DNA of 64,000 nt from Thermodesulfobacteriota bacterium (GTDB lineage: Bacteria > Desulfobacterota > Desulfobacteria > Desulfobacterales > SURF-7): positions 27,134-91,133 of the forward strand of contig JBMORA010000042.1 of assembly GCA_049320885.1 (NCBI GenBank), written 5' to 3'. Position numbers and translations under genes: made by a program. The notes beneath the pieces were generated by a model. It made no database searches, was not told where the DNA came from, and saw only the letters and a list, made by a program, of their open reading frames with translations. Positions 39,618 to 49,909 of this stretch are shown piece after piece. How positions within the stretch are numbered: position 1 is the stretch's first letter; every line of letters begins with the position of its first letter.

Positions 39618-40739
39618 TCAATTCAGCACCTTTTGCCAATTCCCGTCCACACAAACGGACTCGACCTCCCGGGTCTGGGGATATTGTATGTTCCCATAAC
39701 CCAGATGGCCCCTTTTGTCTTTCCACACAAGGTAGCGATCGCTGTATTCGGCGGCAAGCTCATCCGGCTGCCGGCTTTCCGCCGCCATTCCTTCGGTCTG
39801 AGCAATGAGCGGGGGGAACTCCCCGTCCCGGAGATCTTTCACGTCGATCCATTCGTCGTTCTGGAAGATCTTGACTGGTTCTTGTTCCGGCAGTGCAATA
39901 TTCCCGAAACCCTTGACTCCGTTTTCATATCGCCATACATAGGTGCCCGGATAGACCTCCCGCTCTCCCGGGGACCTGTCGCTTTCGCTGAATTCCGCCT
40001 CGCTGTCCGGGGATTTCGGAAGCGGACGCCGGATGGTGATCCACTTGTTGTTCCGGTAGACCGACAACCGGCTGTCTTCCGGATAAATGACATTTCCAAA
40101 ACCCAGTGTACCCCTGTCATCTTTCCAGACCAGAATGGAGCGCCCCATTCCCCCGGTGATTCCGGGCTTGATTTCGCCGTCTTCAACGGAAACAATCTCC
40201 GGTGTCTCGATAAGGCTCTCCGTTGCCGCTCCTTCCGAACCAGGGCCGAAGGCAAGAGGTTTTGGAGGCAACAACGGTCTGGGCTCGGGAATCTCGAACA
40301 TTTCCTTCCGCGAGGGGTTTTGGCTTTCCGCGGTCGCGACCAGCATTTCTTCCGCCATCCGGGGAATGAGTTCCTTGTCCACCGACACCACCACCCGCTC
40401 CTGGCTTTTGGTAATGGTCTTGGTCAGCAGAAAGTCATCCCCTTTGGCCTGGTACTGCCAATCAATCTCATCGATGAATTCCCTGCTGGGAATGAATTCC
40501 GGGTACAGATCCGCCAGTTTTCCGGGGAAATTACCATTCTTCTCATGATATTGTTTGATGGCCAGACCCATCTGGGTGAGGCCGGCCTGGGGAATTTTTT
40601 TTGAAATTTCGGTCAGCTTCATAAACGCCTGCTGACCGACCATTTGATTATTTTCATTTTTTCGCATATTTCGAAAATGAAAAAAAACAGCGGCGGCAAC
40701 CATCACCAAAACAAAAACAGCTATGATTTTCTTATTCAT
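39618..40739 (-). CDS. Membrane-anchored hypothetical protein: pseudopilin-like N-domain plus three ~35-aa repeats
   Basis: N-terminal TM; LAIKQYHEKNGNFPGKLADL; three VW....G..G(F/Y)GN...P repeats; GGAG RBS. Confidence 0.75.
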   Translation of the reverse strand: MNKKIIAVFVLVMVAAAVFFHFRNMRKNENNQMVGQQAFMKLTEISKKIPQAGLTQMGLAIKQYHEKNGNFPGKLADLYPEFIPSREFIDEIDWQYQAKGDDFLLTKTITKSQERVVVSVDKELIPRMAEEMLVATAESQNPSRKEMFEIPEPRPLLPPKPLAFGPGSEGAATESLIETPEIVSVEDGEIKPGITGGMGRSILVWKDDRGTLGFGNVIYPEDSRLSVYRNNKWITIRRPLPKSPDSEAEFSESDRSPGEREVYPGTYVWRYENGVKGFGNIALPEQEPVKIFQNDEWIDVKDLRDGEFPPLIAQTEGMAAESRQPDELAAEYSDRYLVWKDKRGHLGYGNIQYPQTREVESVCVDGNWQKVLN

Positions 40740-41089
40740 CGCATTTCTCCGCAGGAGGAATAAACCAGCGCTCTTCCGTCACCTTTACAACCGACACTAT
40801 TCCTTTGTAACTATACAGCTTTTTAGTAAATATTGTCAAGAACAAACGCATGAGGGCGGCAGAATGCGGGGGGCCGAGCAAAACAGAACACCGGCGGGCA
40901 ACCTTTCCACGACATTCGCGCCCGACAATTGAATTCTTGACATAAATGCATTTGTTCTATATTTTAAGTATATAGCACACCCAGCATCCCAAACAATCGT
41001 CCGCATTGCACTGATTTCATCAAACGATGTCTTGACTTTGCTGACCGACAACGCGGGGAATTGAAACCGGACCGAAACAGGAGTTTAGC

Positions 41090-42412
41090 ATGAGTGATAA
41101 TAGCAGCGTTGGGTCCAACCAAGAAGACGATCTGCTGTTTCCCGAGGACTTGGCCGAAAAAACCGATGAAATCCGGAAACGTCCGCCCTGGAAAATCATC
41201 ATCGCCGATGACCAGGAAGAAATCCATAGCGTTACAAAATTAGTCCTCGACGATTTCACGTTTCAGGAGCGTTCCCTCCAATTTCTGAGCGCCTACTCCG
41301 GCGAAGAGACAAAGCAATTGATTCTAAAGCATCCGGATGTCGCTTTCATCCTGCTGGATGTTGTCATGGAGACCGATGACGCCGGTCTCCAGGTGATTCA
41401 TTTCATCCGGGAGGAGTTAAAAAACAGCATTGTCCAGATTGTTCTCAACACCGGACAGCCGGGACAGGCTCCGGAACACGAAGTCATCACCAAATATGAT
41501 ATCAACGACTATAAATCAAAGACCGAATTCAACGCCCGGAAACTACTGACCTCCATAACCGCTTCACTGCGTGCATATAATCTTTCCCGAAACCTCCAGC
41601 AGGTGAATCAGCAATTAAACCAATATCGTAACCATTTGGAGGACCTTGTAAAAGAACGTACAGCCGCACTGGAGTCCGCCAATGGGAAATTGAAGCTTGA
41701 AATTGATGAACGCAAACGAGCTGAAAAAGCGCTCCATCTATCCTATGAAATCCAGAAAAATATTCTGTCCGCCTCACCCATCGGGATCTGCCTGGTCAAG
41801 GAAGGTAAAATCGAATGGGTGAACGATGAAATGATGAGCCTGTTCGGTTTTACGGCCGATACCGATTATCGACAGCTCGATACGAGGCTGTTCTTCTCCA
41901 CCGAAGCTGAATTCGACAGGGTCGACCAGATATTCCGAAATCACATCCTCGAAAACAAACCCCTGGAAGTTGATGCGGTGCTCCAGCGCAAAGGCGGTTC
42001 CACTTTCCCGGGCAATCTCCGCCTGAGCTGCAAGGATCCCGAAGACTACAACCGTCAAGCCATTCTCACCATCACGGACAATACCTGGCGTATGCAGGCG
42101 GAGCAGGACAGAATCCAGAAGGAAAGACTCCAGGGGGCCCTTGAAATGTCGGGCAGCATCTGCCATGAACTCAACCAGCCCCTTCAATATGTTTCCGGTT
42201 CGGCCGAGATTTTATTGATGGACCTTGCGGAAAACGATCCCTTCTTTCCAACCATCTCAAAAATGAAGGCCCAGATTGATCGCATGGGCGACATTACCAA
42301 AAAGCTCATGGGCATTACCAGCTACCGCACGCGCGATTACGTTGGCGGAAGAAAAATCATCGATATCGATAAGGCTTCCGAAGGCTACCGGAATAATCCC
42401 AATCCGCAATGA
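41090..42412 (+). CDS. Receiver-PAS-HisKA protein lacking a HATPase domain
   Basis: Receiver (ADDQ, LDVVMETDDAG, NTGQPG), coiled coil, PAS and ICHELNQPL H-box; ends without N/G1/F/G2 boxes. Confidence 0.85.
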   Translation: MSDNSSVGSNQEDDLLFPEDLAEKTDEIRKRPPWKIIIADDQEEIHSVTKLVLDDFTFQERSLQFLSAYSGEETKQLILKHPDVAFILLDVVMETDDAGLQVIHFIREELKNSIVQIVLNTGQPGQAPEHEVITKYDINDYKSKTEFNARKLLTSITASLRAYNLSRNLQQVNQQLNQYRNHLEDLVKERTAALESANGKLKLEIDERKRAEKALHLSYEIQKNILSASPIGICLVKEGKIEWVNDEMMSLFGFTADTDYRQLDTRLFFSTEAEFDRVDQIFRNHILENKPLEVDAVLQRKGGSTFPGNLRLSCKDPEDYNRQAILTITDNTWRMQAEQDRIQKERLQGALEMSGSICHELNQPLQYVSGSAEILLMDLAENDPFFPTISKMKAQIDRMGDITKKLMGITSYRTRDYVGGRKIIDIDKASEGYRNNPNPQ

Positions 42413-42442
42413 CGCCGACCGGTCCATGCAGTCAATAATGAC

Positions 42443-42496
42443 TTGACAAAAAGAAGACCTGCGTGCTACGCTCATCTGATCGAGCGCTCGATCAGA
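42443..42496 (+). promoter_or_regulatory. sigma70 promoter with a perfect 22-bp palindromic operator (probable TetR site)
   Basis: TTGACA 42443-42448, TGcTACGCT extended -10, then TCTGATCGAGCGCTCGATCAGA at 42475-42496. Confidence 0.8.
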
Positions 42497-42537
42497 AGCG
42501 TCGTTTTGACATCTAAATTTATACATTAAGGTGACCA

Positions 42538-43215
42538 GTGCCGCCTTCATCCAAGAACAAAAAGCCGGAAAAGCCGGCATCGAATCGGATCATCGAGATC
42601 CCGACCCATATAAAGGATGCCAACCTGGTTCGGCAGCGAAGAAGACAGATCGTGGACGCATCCGTGAAATTATTCATCGAAAACGGTTTTCACAAGACCA
42701 CCACCCGACAGATAGCGCGCGCCACAGGGTTTTCCATCGGTTCACTCTATGAATATGTCGCTTCGAAGGAGGATGTTCTCTACCTAGTTTGCGACGCAAT
42801 TCACGCGGAAGTGGAGGAGAGCGTCGCCAAAATCCTCGCCGGCGTGACGGTGGGCCGCGAAGCCTTGGCGCAAGTCATTCGCGAATACCTGATGATTTGC
42901 GACCGCATGAGCGATCATATACTGCTCATGTACCAGGTGACCCAGTTTCTTCCGCCACAATGGAAAAAGAAGGTCCTCGAAAACGAAATCCGCATCACCG
43001 ACATCTTCAAGGATGTTCTGCGGCATGCGGCCTCCTCCAGAGATCTGCCCGAACTAAAGGAGGATTTCACCGTATTGATGGCGCACAATATTTCGGTTCT
43101 GGGACAGGCCTGGGCGTTTCGACGCTGGTTTTTTACCCGAAACTATTCCATCGAGGAATATATTGAGTTTCAAACCCGTACCATTTTTGGAATATTCAAC
43201 CGCCAAGCCGATTGA
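42538..43215 (+). CDS. TetR/AcrR-family transcriptional regulator
   Basis: LFIENGFHKTTTRQIARATGFSIGSLYEYVASKEDVL HTH. Confidence 0.92.
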   Translation: MPPSSKNKKPEKPASNRIIEIPTHIKDANLVRQRRRQIVDASVKLFIENGFHKTTTRQIARATGFSIGSLYEYVASKEDVLYLVCDAIHAEVEESVAKILAGVTVGREALAQVIREYLMICDRMSDHILLMYQVTQFLPPQWKKKVLENEIRITDIFKDVLRHAASSRDLPELKEDFTVLMAHNISVLGQAWAFRRWFFTRNYSIEEYIEFQTRTIFGIFNRQAD

Positions 43216-43284
43216 ATCCGGTTCAGGTCATCCGGAGTTTCGGTTTCCCGCGATGACCCAGGGGACCCAATCATAGGAGACAGA

Positions 43285-46200
43285 ATGACCACCGCTCCCT
43301 ACAAGCCAAGGAATGCGATCCGCGTCGTCACGGCGACTTCCCTATTCGACGGTCATGACGCCGCCATCAACATCATGCGCAGAATTCTTCAGGATTCCGG
43401 GACGGAAGTGATCCATCTCGGGCACAACCGCTCGGCCAAAGAGATCGTTCGGGCGGCAGTAGACGAAGACGCCCACGGCATTGCTGTATCGAGCTACCAG
43501 GGCGGACACATGGAATTTTTCAAATACATGGTCGATCTGTTGAAAATGGAATCCGCTTCGCAGATTAAGATTTTCGGCGGCGGGGGCGGCGTCATTGTTC
43601 CGGACGAAATCCGGGAACTAGAAGAGTACGGAGTGATAAAAATTTATTCCCCGGAAGACGGCGCCAAGATGGGACTGCAGGGCATCATCAACCACATGCT
43701 GGAACGGTTGGATTTCGCCACCGTCGATGCGGATAAACTGGACATCCAGTCGCTTTCCGTTTCCAACCACGCAGCCATCGCCGGATATATTTCCGCTGCC
43801 ATGCTGCTGAAAACCGGACAGGATCCTCGATTGTCGTCCCTGCAGGCCCGGTTGCATCAAAAAATAGATGGCCGCAAGGTGCCGGTTATCGGCATAACCG
43901 GCACCGGCGGTGCCGGCAAGTCTTCCCTGACGGATGAGTTCATTCTCCGGCTGCTGATGGATCTGAAGGATATCCACATCGCCGTCATCTGTGGCGATCC
44001 GTCGCGCAGAAAGACCGGCGGCGCCCTTTTAGGGGATCGCATTCGCATGAACGCCATCGACAGTCCGCGTGTATACATGCGGAGTCTGGCCACTCGGAGC
44101 TCACAGACGGAAATACCTCCGGCCATGGCCGAGGCCATCGACGTAGCCAAGGCGGCGGGATTCGACCTGATTATTGCGGAAACCGCCGGAATCGGACAGG
44201 GGGATTCACGGATCTTCGATCTGACCGATGTCTCCGTCTACGTGATGACCAGTGAATTCGGGGCGGCCTCACAGTTGGAGAAGATCGATATGTTGGACTT
44301 CGCCGATCTGGTGGCGGTAAACAAATTCGACAAGCAGGGCAGTGAAGACGCGCTCCGCGATGTCCGCAAGCAAGTCCAGCGGAATCGGAAGGCCTGGGAC
44401 TCCGCCCCTGAAAAAATGCCGGTTTTCGGAACCATTGCGGCCAAATTCAATGACGAGGGCGTGACCGCTTTGTATCAGGCTTTGTTGAAAATCATTCATC
44501 AAAAAACCGGTGTTGAATTCCATTCCAAGCTGCCACCGAGCGAGCACAGCTATTCCACGATGAAAGCGATCATCATCCCGCCGGAACGGAATCGGTATCT
44601 ATCCGAAATCGCGGAAACCGTCCGCAAGTATCATCAGGAAACCCTAACAGAATCCGAAGCGCTTCGCAAAGTCTGGCATCTCCGGGAGGCGGCCGCGATG
44701 GTGGGAAGGGTTTCCGCAGCAGCGGACAAGAACCCGGTGCCAGTCTTGTTGAAACAGGAAGCCGACCGAGCGGAAACCTCGCTTTCACCCGAGACCAGCC
44801 GAGTCATGAGGGAATGGGAAGCTTTGCGGGAGGCCTATCGGCAGGACCAACTGGTCTTTGAAATCCGCGATCGCCAGATCAAGCTCCCGCTTTTCAGCGA
44901 ATCGTTATCGCATGTGCGAATACCGCGTGTCGCCATCCCCTCCTTCACCGATCCGGGTGAAATCTATCGTTTCATGAGGGAGGAAAATGTCCCGGGCAAC
45001 TTCCCGTACACCGCAGGGGTGTTTCCGCTGAAGCGGGCCGATGAAGACCCGACCCGTATGTTCGCGGGTGAAGGCGGCCCGGCGAGAACCAACAAACGTT
45101 TCAAACTCCTGTCGGCGGATTCCGCAGCCACCCGGCTTTCCACGGCCTTTGATTCCGTTACCCTCTATGGTTACGATCCGGATATCCGTCCGGATATTTA
45201 CGGCAAGATTGGGACCTCCGGAGTCAGCATCTGCACCCTGGACGACATGCGGGTATTGTATGACGGTTTTGACCTGTGCGCCCCGGACACTTCCGTTTCC
45301 ATGACCATCAACGGACCGGCGCCCATCATCCTGGCTATGTTCATGAATGCCGCCATTGATCAGCAGGCGGCCAAATGGCAGGCCGAAAAAGGCGCTCCGC
45401 CTTCTCCCGCTGAATACGACCGCATCCGTTCCATGGTGCTTTCCAATATCCGCGGAACGGTCCAGGCGGACATTCTCAAGGAGGACCAGGGTCAGAACAC
45501 CTGCATCTTTTCCATCGAATTCGCCCTGAAAATGATGGGCGACATTCAGGATTTTTTTATCAAAAACAATGTCCGCAATTTTTATTCGGTATCCATATCC
45601 GGATACCATATCGCCGAAGCAGGAGCCAATCCCATCACCCAGCTGGCCCTGACCCTGGCCAATGGATTCACTTATCTTGAATATTATCTTTCCCGCGGCA
45701 TGCCGGTCGACCAGTTCGCGCCGAATCTGTCCTTCTTCTTTTCCAACGGCATGGATCCGGAATATACGGTGATCGGCCGGGTGGCCCGGCGGATCTGGGC
45801 CGTAGCGCTGCGGGATAAATATAAGGCCGCCGCACGCTCCCAGATGCTCAAATATCATATCCAGACTTCCGGCCGATCCCTCCACAGCCAGGAAATCCAG
45901 TTCAATGACATCCGTACGACCTTGCAGGCCCTGTGCGCCATATACGACAACTGCAACAGCCTGCATACCAACGCCTACGATGAGGCCATTACGACACCGA
46001 GCGATGAATCGGTCAGGAGAGCGCTGGCCATCCAGCTGATCATCAACCGTGAATGGGGACTGGCCAAAAATGAAAACCCCAATCAGGGGAGTTATATCGT
46101 CACGGAATTGACCCGTCTGGTGGAAGAGGCGGTCCTTCTGGAATTTGATCGCATCACGGCGCGCGGCGGGGTCCTCGGTGCCATGGAAACCGGATATCAG

Positions 46201-46557
46201 CGCAGTAAAATCCAGGAAGAATCCATGTTTTACGAACAGAAAAAACACACCGGCGATCTCCCCATCATCGGCGTCAACACGTTCCTGAACCCGAAATCCT
46301 CCCTTGCCCAAGTGGCCTCCTGTCTGCAGCTGTCCAGGGCCACGGAGGAGGAGAAGCAGTCACAATTGAGCCGTTTGGCGGATTTCAAGCAACGCCACGA
46401 ACGGGAAGCACCGGCCGCTCTGGCCAGACTCCAGCAAATCGCCTTGTCGGGCGGCAATATCTTTGCGGAGTTGATGGATACGGTGCGGGTGTGCTCCCTG
46501 GGCCAGATCACCCAGGCCCTGTATGATGTCGGCGGGCGCTACCGCAGAAACATGTAA
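43285..46557 (+). CDS. icmF: Fused isobutyryl-CoA mutase/MeaB-like GTPase (AdoCbl-dependent)
   Basis: B12-binding FDGHD, GTPase [17 protein letters not shown], mutase [23 protein letters not shown] and SISGYH. Confidence 0.95.
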   Translation: MTTAPYKPRNAIRVVTATSLFDGHDAAINIMRRILQDSGTEVIHLGHNRSAKEIVRAAVDEDAHGIAVSSYQGGHMEFFKYMVDLLKMESASQIKIFGGGGGVIVPDEIRELEEYGVIKIYSPEDGAKMGLQGIINHMLERLDFATVDADKLDIQSLSVSNHAAIAGYISAAMLLKTGQDPRLSSLQARLHQKIDGRKVPVIGITGTGGAGKSSLTDEFILRLLMDLKDIHIAVICGDPSRRKTGGALLGDRIRMNAIDSPRVYMRSLATRSSQTEIPPAMAEAIDVAKAAGFDLIIAETAGIGQGDSRIFDLTDVSVYVMTSEFGAASQLEKIDMLDFADLVAVNKFDKQGSEDALRDVRKQVQRNRKAWDSAPEKMPVFGTIAAKFNDEGVTALYQALLKIIHQKTGVEFHSKLPPSEHSYSTMKAIIIPPERNRYLSEIAETVRKYHQETLTESEALRKVWHLREAAAMVGRVSAAADKNPVPVLLKQEADRAETSLSPETSRVMREWEALREAYRQDQLVFEIRDRQIKLPLFSESLSHVRIPRVAIPSFTDPGEIYRFMREENVPGNFPYTAGVFPLKRADEDPTRMFAGEGGPARTNKRFKLLSADSAATRLSTAFDSVTLYGYDPDIRPDIYGKIGTSGVSICTLDDMRVLYDGFDLCAPDTSVSMTINGPAPIILAMFMNAAIDQQAAKWQAEKGAPPSPAEYDRIRSMVLSNIRGTVQADILKEDQGQNTCIFSIEFALKMMGDIQDFFIKNNVRNFYSVSISGYHIAEAGANPITQLALTLANGFTYLEYYLSRGMPVDQFAPNLSFFFSNGMDPEYTVIGRVARRIWAVALRDKYKAAARSQMLKYHIQTSGRSLHSQEIQFNDIRTTLQALCAIYDNCNSLHTNAYDEAITTPSDESVRRALAIQLIINREWGLAKNENPNQGSYIVTELTRLVEEAVLLEFDRITARGGVLGAMETGYQRSKIQEESMFYEQKKHTGDLPIIGVNTFLNPKSSLAQVASCLQLSRATEEEKQSQLSRLADFKQRHEREAPAALARLQQIALSGGNIFAELMDTVRVCSLGQITQALYDVGGRYRRNM

Positions 46558-46630
46558 GGAGTTCGTCATGTGAACAGTAACATGATCTTTGACGGATAAT
46601 TCGTAATTCGTAATTATTATTGGGGTGCAT

Positions 46631-47806
46631 ATGAGACAAGCGGTCATCGTCAGTGCGGTAAGGACACCTCTGGGCGCATTCAATGGCTCGTTGAGCAGGA
46701 TTGACGCGACGCGGCTCGGCGCCGTCGTCATCGAAGCAGCCGTCCAGCGGGCAGGAATCGTAAAAAAATCGGTGAATGAAGTCATCATGGGTATGGTTCT
46801 CCCCTGCGGATATGGCCAGAATCCCGCCAAACAGGCGGCCGTAAAGGCCGGTTTACCCTGGGAGACTGAATGCATCACGGTGAACAAGGTCTGCGGATCA
46901 GCTCTCAAGGCCGTCATGTTGGCGGCCCAGGCTGTTCAGACCGGAGATGCCGATGTCGTTGTCGCCGGCGGCATGGAAAACATGAGCATGGCCCCCTATT
47001 ATCTTGAAAAAGCCCGCTTCGGTTACCGCATGGGTCCCGGGATGATTCAGGACCACATGGTGCATGACGGACTCTGGGACATCGTCAACGATTTCCACAT
47101 GGGCATATCCAACGAGCTCTGCTCCGAAAAATACAACATCAGCCGGGAAGACCAGGATCGCTATGCCGCCGAATCCTATCACCGCGCCATGCAGGCGATA
47201 TCCAGCGGACGCTTTGTGGATGAGATCGTCCCCGTGGAACTGCCGCCGCAGAAAGGCAGGTCAACCCTTTTCCTCCAGGACGAATGCCCCCAGGAAACCA
47301 CTTACGAAACCCTTGCCAAAATGAAAGGCGCCTTCCAGCAGGACGGCGTCGGCACCGCCGGCAACGCCTCCATCATCAGCGACGGAGCCGCCGCGGTGGT
47401 GGTAATGTCCCGGGAAAAAGCCGCCGAGCTGGGATGTACGATTCTGGCGGTCATTGGTGCCCAAGCCTCCTTCGGCATCGATATGAAATATGTGCTGGTG
47501 GCCCCCATCTGGGCGATCCCGAAATGCCTTCAAAAACAAGGCATCCGGAAAGACCAGGTGGATTTGTATGAAATCAATGAAGCCTTCAGCGGTTCCACCG
47601 TGGCGGTCCTGAGGGAACTCGAACTGGACCACGCACGGGTGAACGTGAACGGTGGCAGCGTCGCCCTGGGCCATCCCATCGGGGCCAGCGGATGCCGCGT
47701 ACTGGTCACCCTGTTGCATGAAATGATCAAACAGGATAAAAAGACGGGGCTGGCTTCCCTGTGCCTCGGCGGCGGCGAGGCCGTGGCCATGGTCGTTCAG
47801 CGATAA
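46631..47806 (+). CDS. Acetyl-CoA C-acetyltransferase (thiolase)
   Basis: NKVCGS, EINEAF, GHPIGASG and CLGGG. Confidence 0.95.
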   Translation: MRQAVIVSAVRTPLGAFNGSLSRIDATRLGAVVIEAAVQRAGIVKKSVNEVIMGMVLPCGYGQNPAKQAAVKAGLPWETECITVNKVCGSALKAVMLAAQAVQTGDADVVVAGGMENMSMAPYYLEKARFGYRMGPGMIQDHMVHDGLWDIVNDFHMGISNELCSEKYNISREDQDRYAAESYHRAMQAISSGRFVDEIVPVELPPQKGRSTLFLQDECPQETTYETLAKMKGAFQQDGVGTAGNASIISDGAAAVVVMSREKAAELGCTILAVIGAQASFGIDMKYVLVAPIWAIPKCLQKQGIRKDQVDLYEINEAFSGSTVAVLRELELDHARVNVNGGSVALGHPIGASGCRVLVTLLHEMIKQDKKTGLASLCLGGGEAVAMVVQR

Positions 47807-47842
47807 CCCGTTTGAATCATCCCAACGGAAAGGAAAACCGTA

Positions 47843-48691
47843 ATGGATATTAAAACAGTAGGCGTTATCGGCAGCGGCCAGATGGGCGGTGGAATCTCCC
47901 AGGTCGCGGCGGCCAAGGGTCTTTCGGTCATCATGAACGATATCCGGTCGGAATTTGTCGCGCGGGGCATGGAGGTCATCACCGCCAATCTTCGGCGCGA
48001 GGTTGACAAAGGAAGACTGTCGAAGGAGGAACAGCAGGCCGTAATCGACCGCATCCGGCCCAGTATCCAGCTTGCAGACATGGCCACAGCCGATTTTGTC
48101 GTGGAAGCCGCAACGGAAAATGAACCGGTTAAACTCCAGATTTTCAGGGATCTGGACGCCATTTGCCGCCCGGAAGTCATTCTGGCGACCAACACCTCGT
48201 CCATTCCCATCGGCCGGATCGCCGCCGCAACGAAGCGGCCGGATAAAATCATCGGCATGCACTTCATGAATCCCGTGCCGGTGATGAAATTGGTGGAAGT
48301 CATCCGGGGGCTGGCCACCTCGGAAGACACCTTCCGGGTCACCTGGAAGCTGAGCGGACATCTCGGCAAAACACCCGCCGAAGCCGGAGATTATCCGGGG
48401 TTCATCGCCAATCGCATCCTCATGCCCATGATCAACGAAGCGATTTACTGTCTGTATCACGGGGTGGGGAAGCGGGAAGACATCGATACGGTCATGAAAC
48501 TCGGCATGAACCATCCCATGGGCCCCCTGGCACTTGCCGACCTGATCGGACTCGATACCTGTCTGGCCATCATGGAAACCCTTTTTGACGGATTCAAGGA
48601 TTCCAAATACCGTCCCTGCCCGCTCCTCCGGAAATACGTGGAAGCCGGCTGGCTGGGAAAGAAGACCCGAAAAGGGTTTTACGACTATTGA
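47843..48691 (+). CDS. hbd: 3-hydroxybutyryl-CoA dehydrogenase
   Basis: GSGQMGGG, TNTSS, GMHFMNP, GFIANR and HPMGPL. Confidence 0.93.
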   Translation: MDIKTVGVIGSGQMGGGISQVAAAKGLSVIMNDIRSEFVARGMEVITANLRREVDKGRLSKEEQQAVIDRIRPSIQLADMATADFVVEAATENEPVKLQIFRDLDAICRPEVILATNTSSIPIGRIAAATKRPDKIIGMHFMNPVPVMKLVEVIRGLATSEDTFRVTWKLSGHLGKTPAEAGDYPGFIANRILMPMINEAIYCLYHGVGKREDIDTVMKLGMNHPMGPLALADLIGLDTCLAIMETLFDGFKDSKYRPCPLLRKYVEAGWLGKKTRKGFYDY

Positions 48692-48704
48692 TAGGAAACA
48701 CCAT

Positions 48705-49865
48705 ATGCCGTTTGAGTTGACGGAAGAACAACGCCTGATCCAGAAAACCACCCGGGAATTCGCCCGGAAAACCCTGATGGCCACCGCGGATGAACGCGAC
48801 AAGACCAAGGAGTTTCCGGCGGAAAACCTGAAGAAGATGGGCGAACTGGGCCTCATGGGGATGCTGGTGCCGAGCGAATACGGGGGCGATGATCTGGACA
48901 CCCTGAGTTATTCCCTGGCCCTGACGGAAATCGCCTATGCCTGCGCATCAACCGCGGTGATCATGTCCGTACACGCGTCCATTGTATGCGGCAGTCTGAC
49001 CCGTTTCGGGACTCCGACACAAAAAGAAGCTTATTTACGGCCGCTGGCTTCGGCCGATCTGATCGGCTCCTTTGCCCTGACCGAGCCGGATGCGGGTTCG
49101 GATCCTTCCGCCCTCCAGACCACGGCGGAACGAGAGGGTAATTCCTATCGCCTGAACGGCATCAAGCGGTTTATAACCGGCGGGGCCACGTCCGGTCTGT
49201 TTATCGTGCTGGCGCGCGATCCTTCATCGTCAGGCCACAAAGGGATCAGCGCATTTCTGGTGACTCCCGACATGCAAGGGTTTCAAACCGGCAGGATCGA
49301 GGATAAAATGGGACTCCGGGCCTCCGATACCTGCGATCTCATTTTCTCGAATTGCCGGGTGCCGGCCGGAAATCTTCTGGGACGGGAAGGCGAAGGCTTC
49401 AAGATCGCCATGTCCGGACTGGATGCCGGAAGAATCGGTATCGCCAGTCAATCCCTGGGCGTCGGCATGGCGGCCCTGGATGCCGCCGTTAAATACGCCA
49501 AAACACGCCGACAATTCGATCAACCCATCGCCGCCTTTCAGGGATTGCGCTGGATGCTGGCGGAAATGGCCCTGGATGTGGAATGCGCCCGCCTGCTGGT
49601 GTGGAATGCAGCCGCCATGAAGGACAGGGGGGAAGCCTGCGCGGCTCAGGCTTCCATGGCAAAACTGTACGCCTCCGAAATGGCCAACCGGGTCACGGGA
49701 CAGGCGATCCAGATCCATGGCGGTTATGGGGTTACCAAGGAATATGCGGTGGAACGTCTCTACCGGGACGCCCGGGTATTCACCATTTACGAAGGAACCT
49801 CCCAGATCCAGAAGATCGTCATTGCCAACGACCTGCTGAAGGACAAACAGCGTAAAAAGCCATAG
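48705..49865 (+). CDS. Short/branched-chain acyl-CoA dehydrogenase
   Basis: FALTEPDAGSD, KMGLRAS, QIHGGYG and IYEGTSQIQ; AGGA RBS before ATG 48705. Confidence 0.93.
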   Translation: MPFELTEEQRLIQKTTREFARKTLMATADERDKTKEFPAENLKKMGELGLMGMLVPSEYGGDDLDTLSYSLALTEIAYACASTAVIMSVHASIVCGSLTRFGTPTQKEAYLRPLASADLIGSFALTEPDAGSDPSALQTTAEREGNSYRLNGIKRFITGGATSGLFIVLARDPSSSGHKGISAFLVTPDMQGFQTGRIEDKMGLRASDTCDLIFSNCRVPAGNLLGREGEGFKIAMSGLDAGRIGIASQSLGVGMAALDAAVKYAKTRRQFDQPIAAFQGLRWMLAEMALDVECARLLVWNAAAMKDRGEACAAQASMAKLYASEMANRVTGQAIQIHGGYGVTKEYAVERLYRDARVFTIYEGTSQIQKIVIANDLLKDKQRKKP

Positions 49866-49909
49866 CGCCCCCGAATTCCGTTCTTCGTAAACCCAGAGGA
49901 GGAGACGCC

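Noticed and set aside
47261..48901. Long antisense ORFs (also 1324-2748, 15978-17363, 19265-20578, 44905-46311, 52920-54161)
   Set aside because: Each lies opposite a well-supported gene and shows no recognisable motifs; expected in GC-rich coding DNA.
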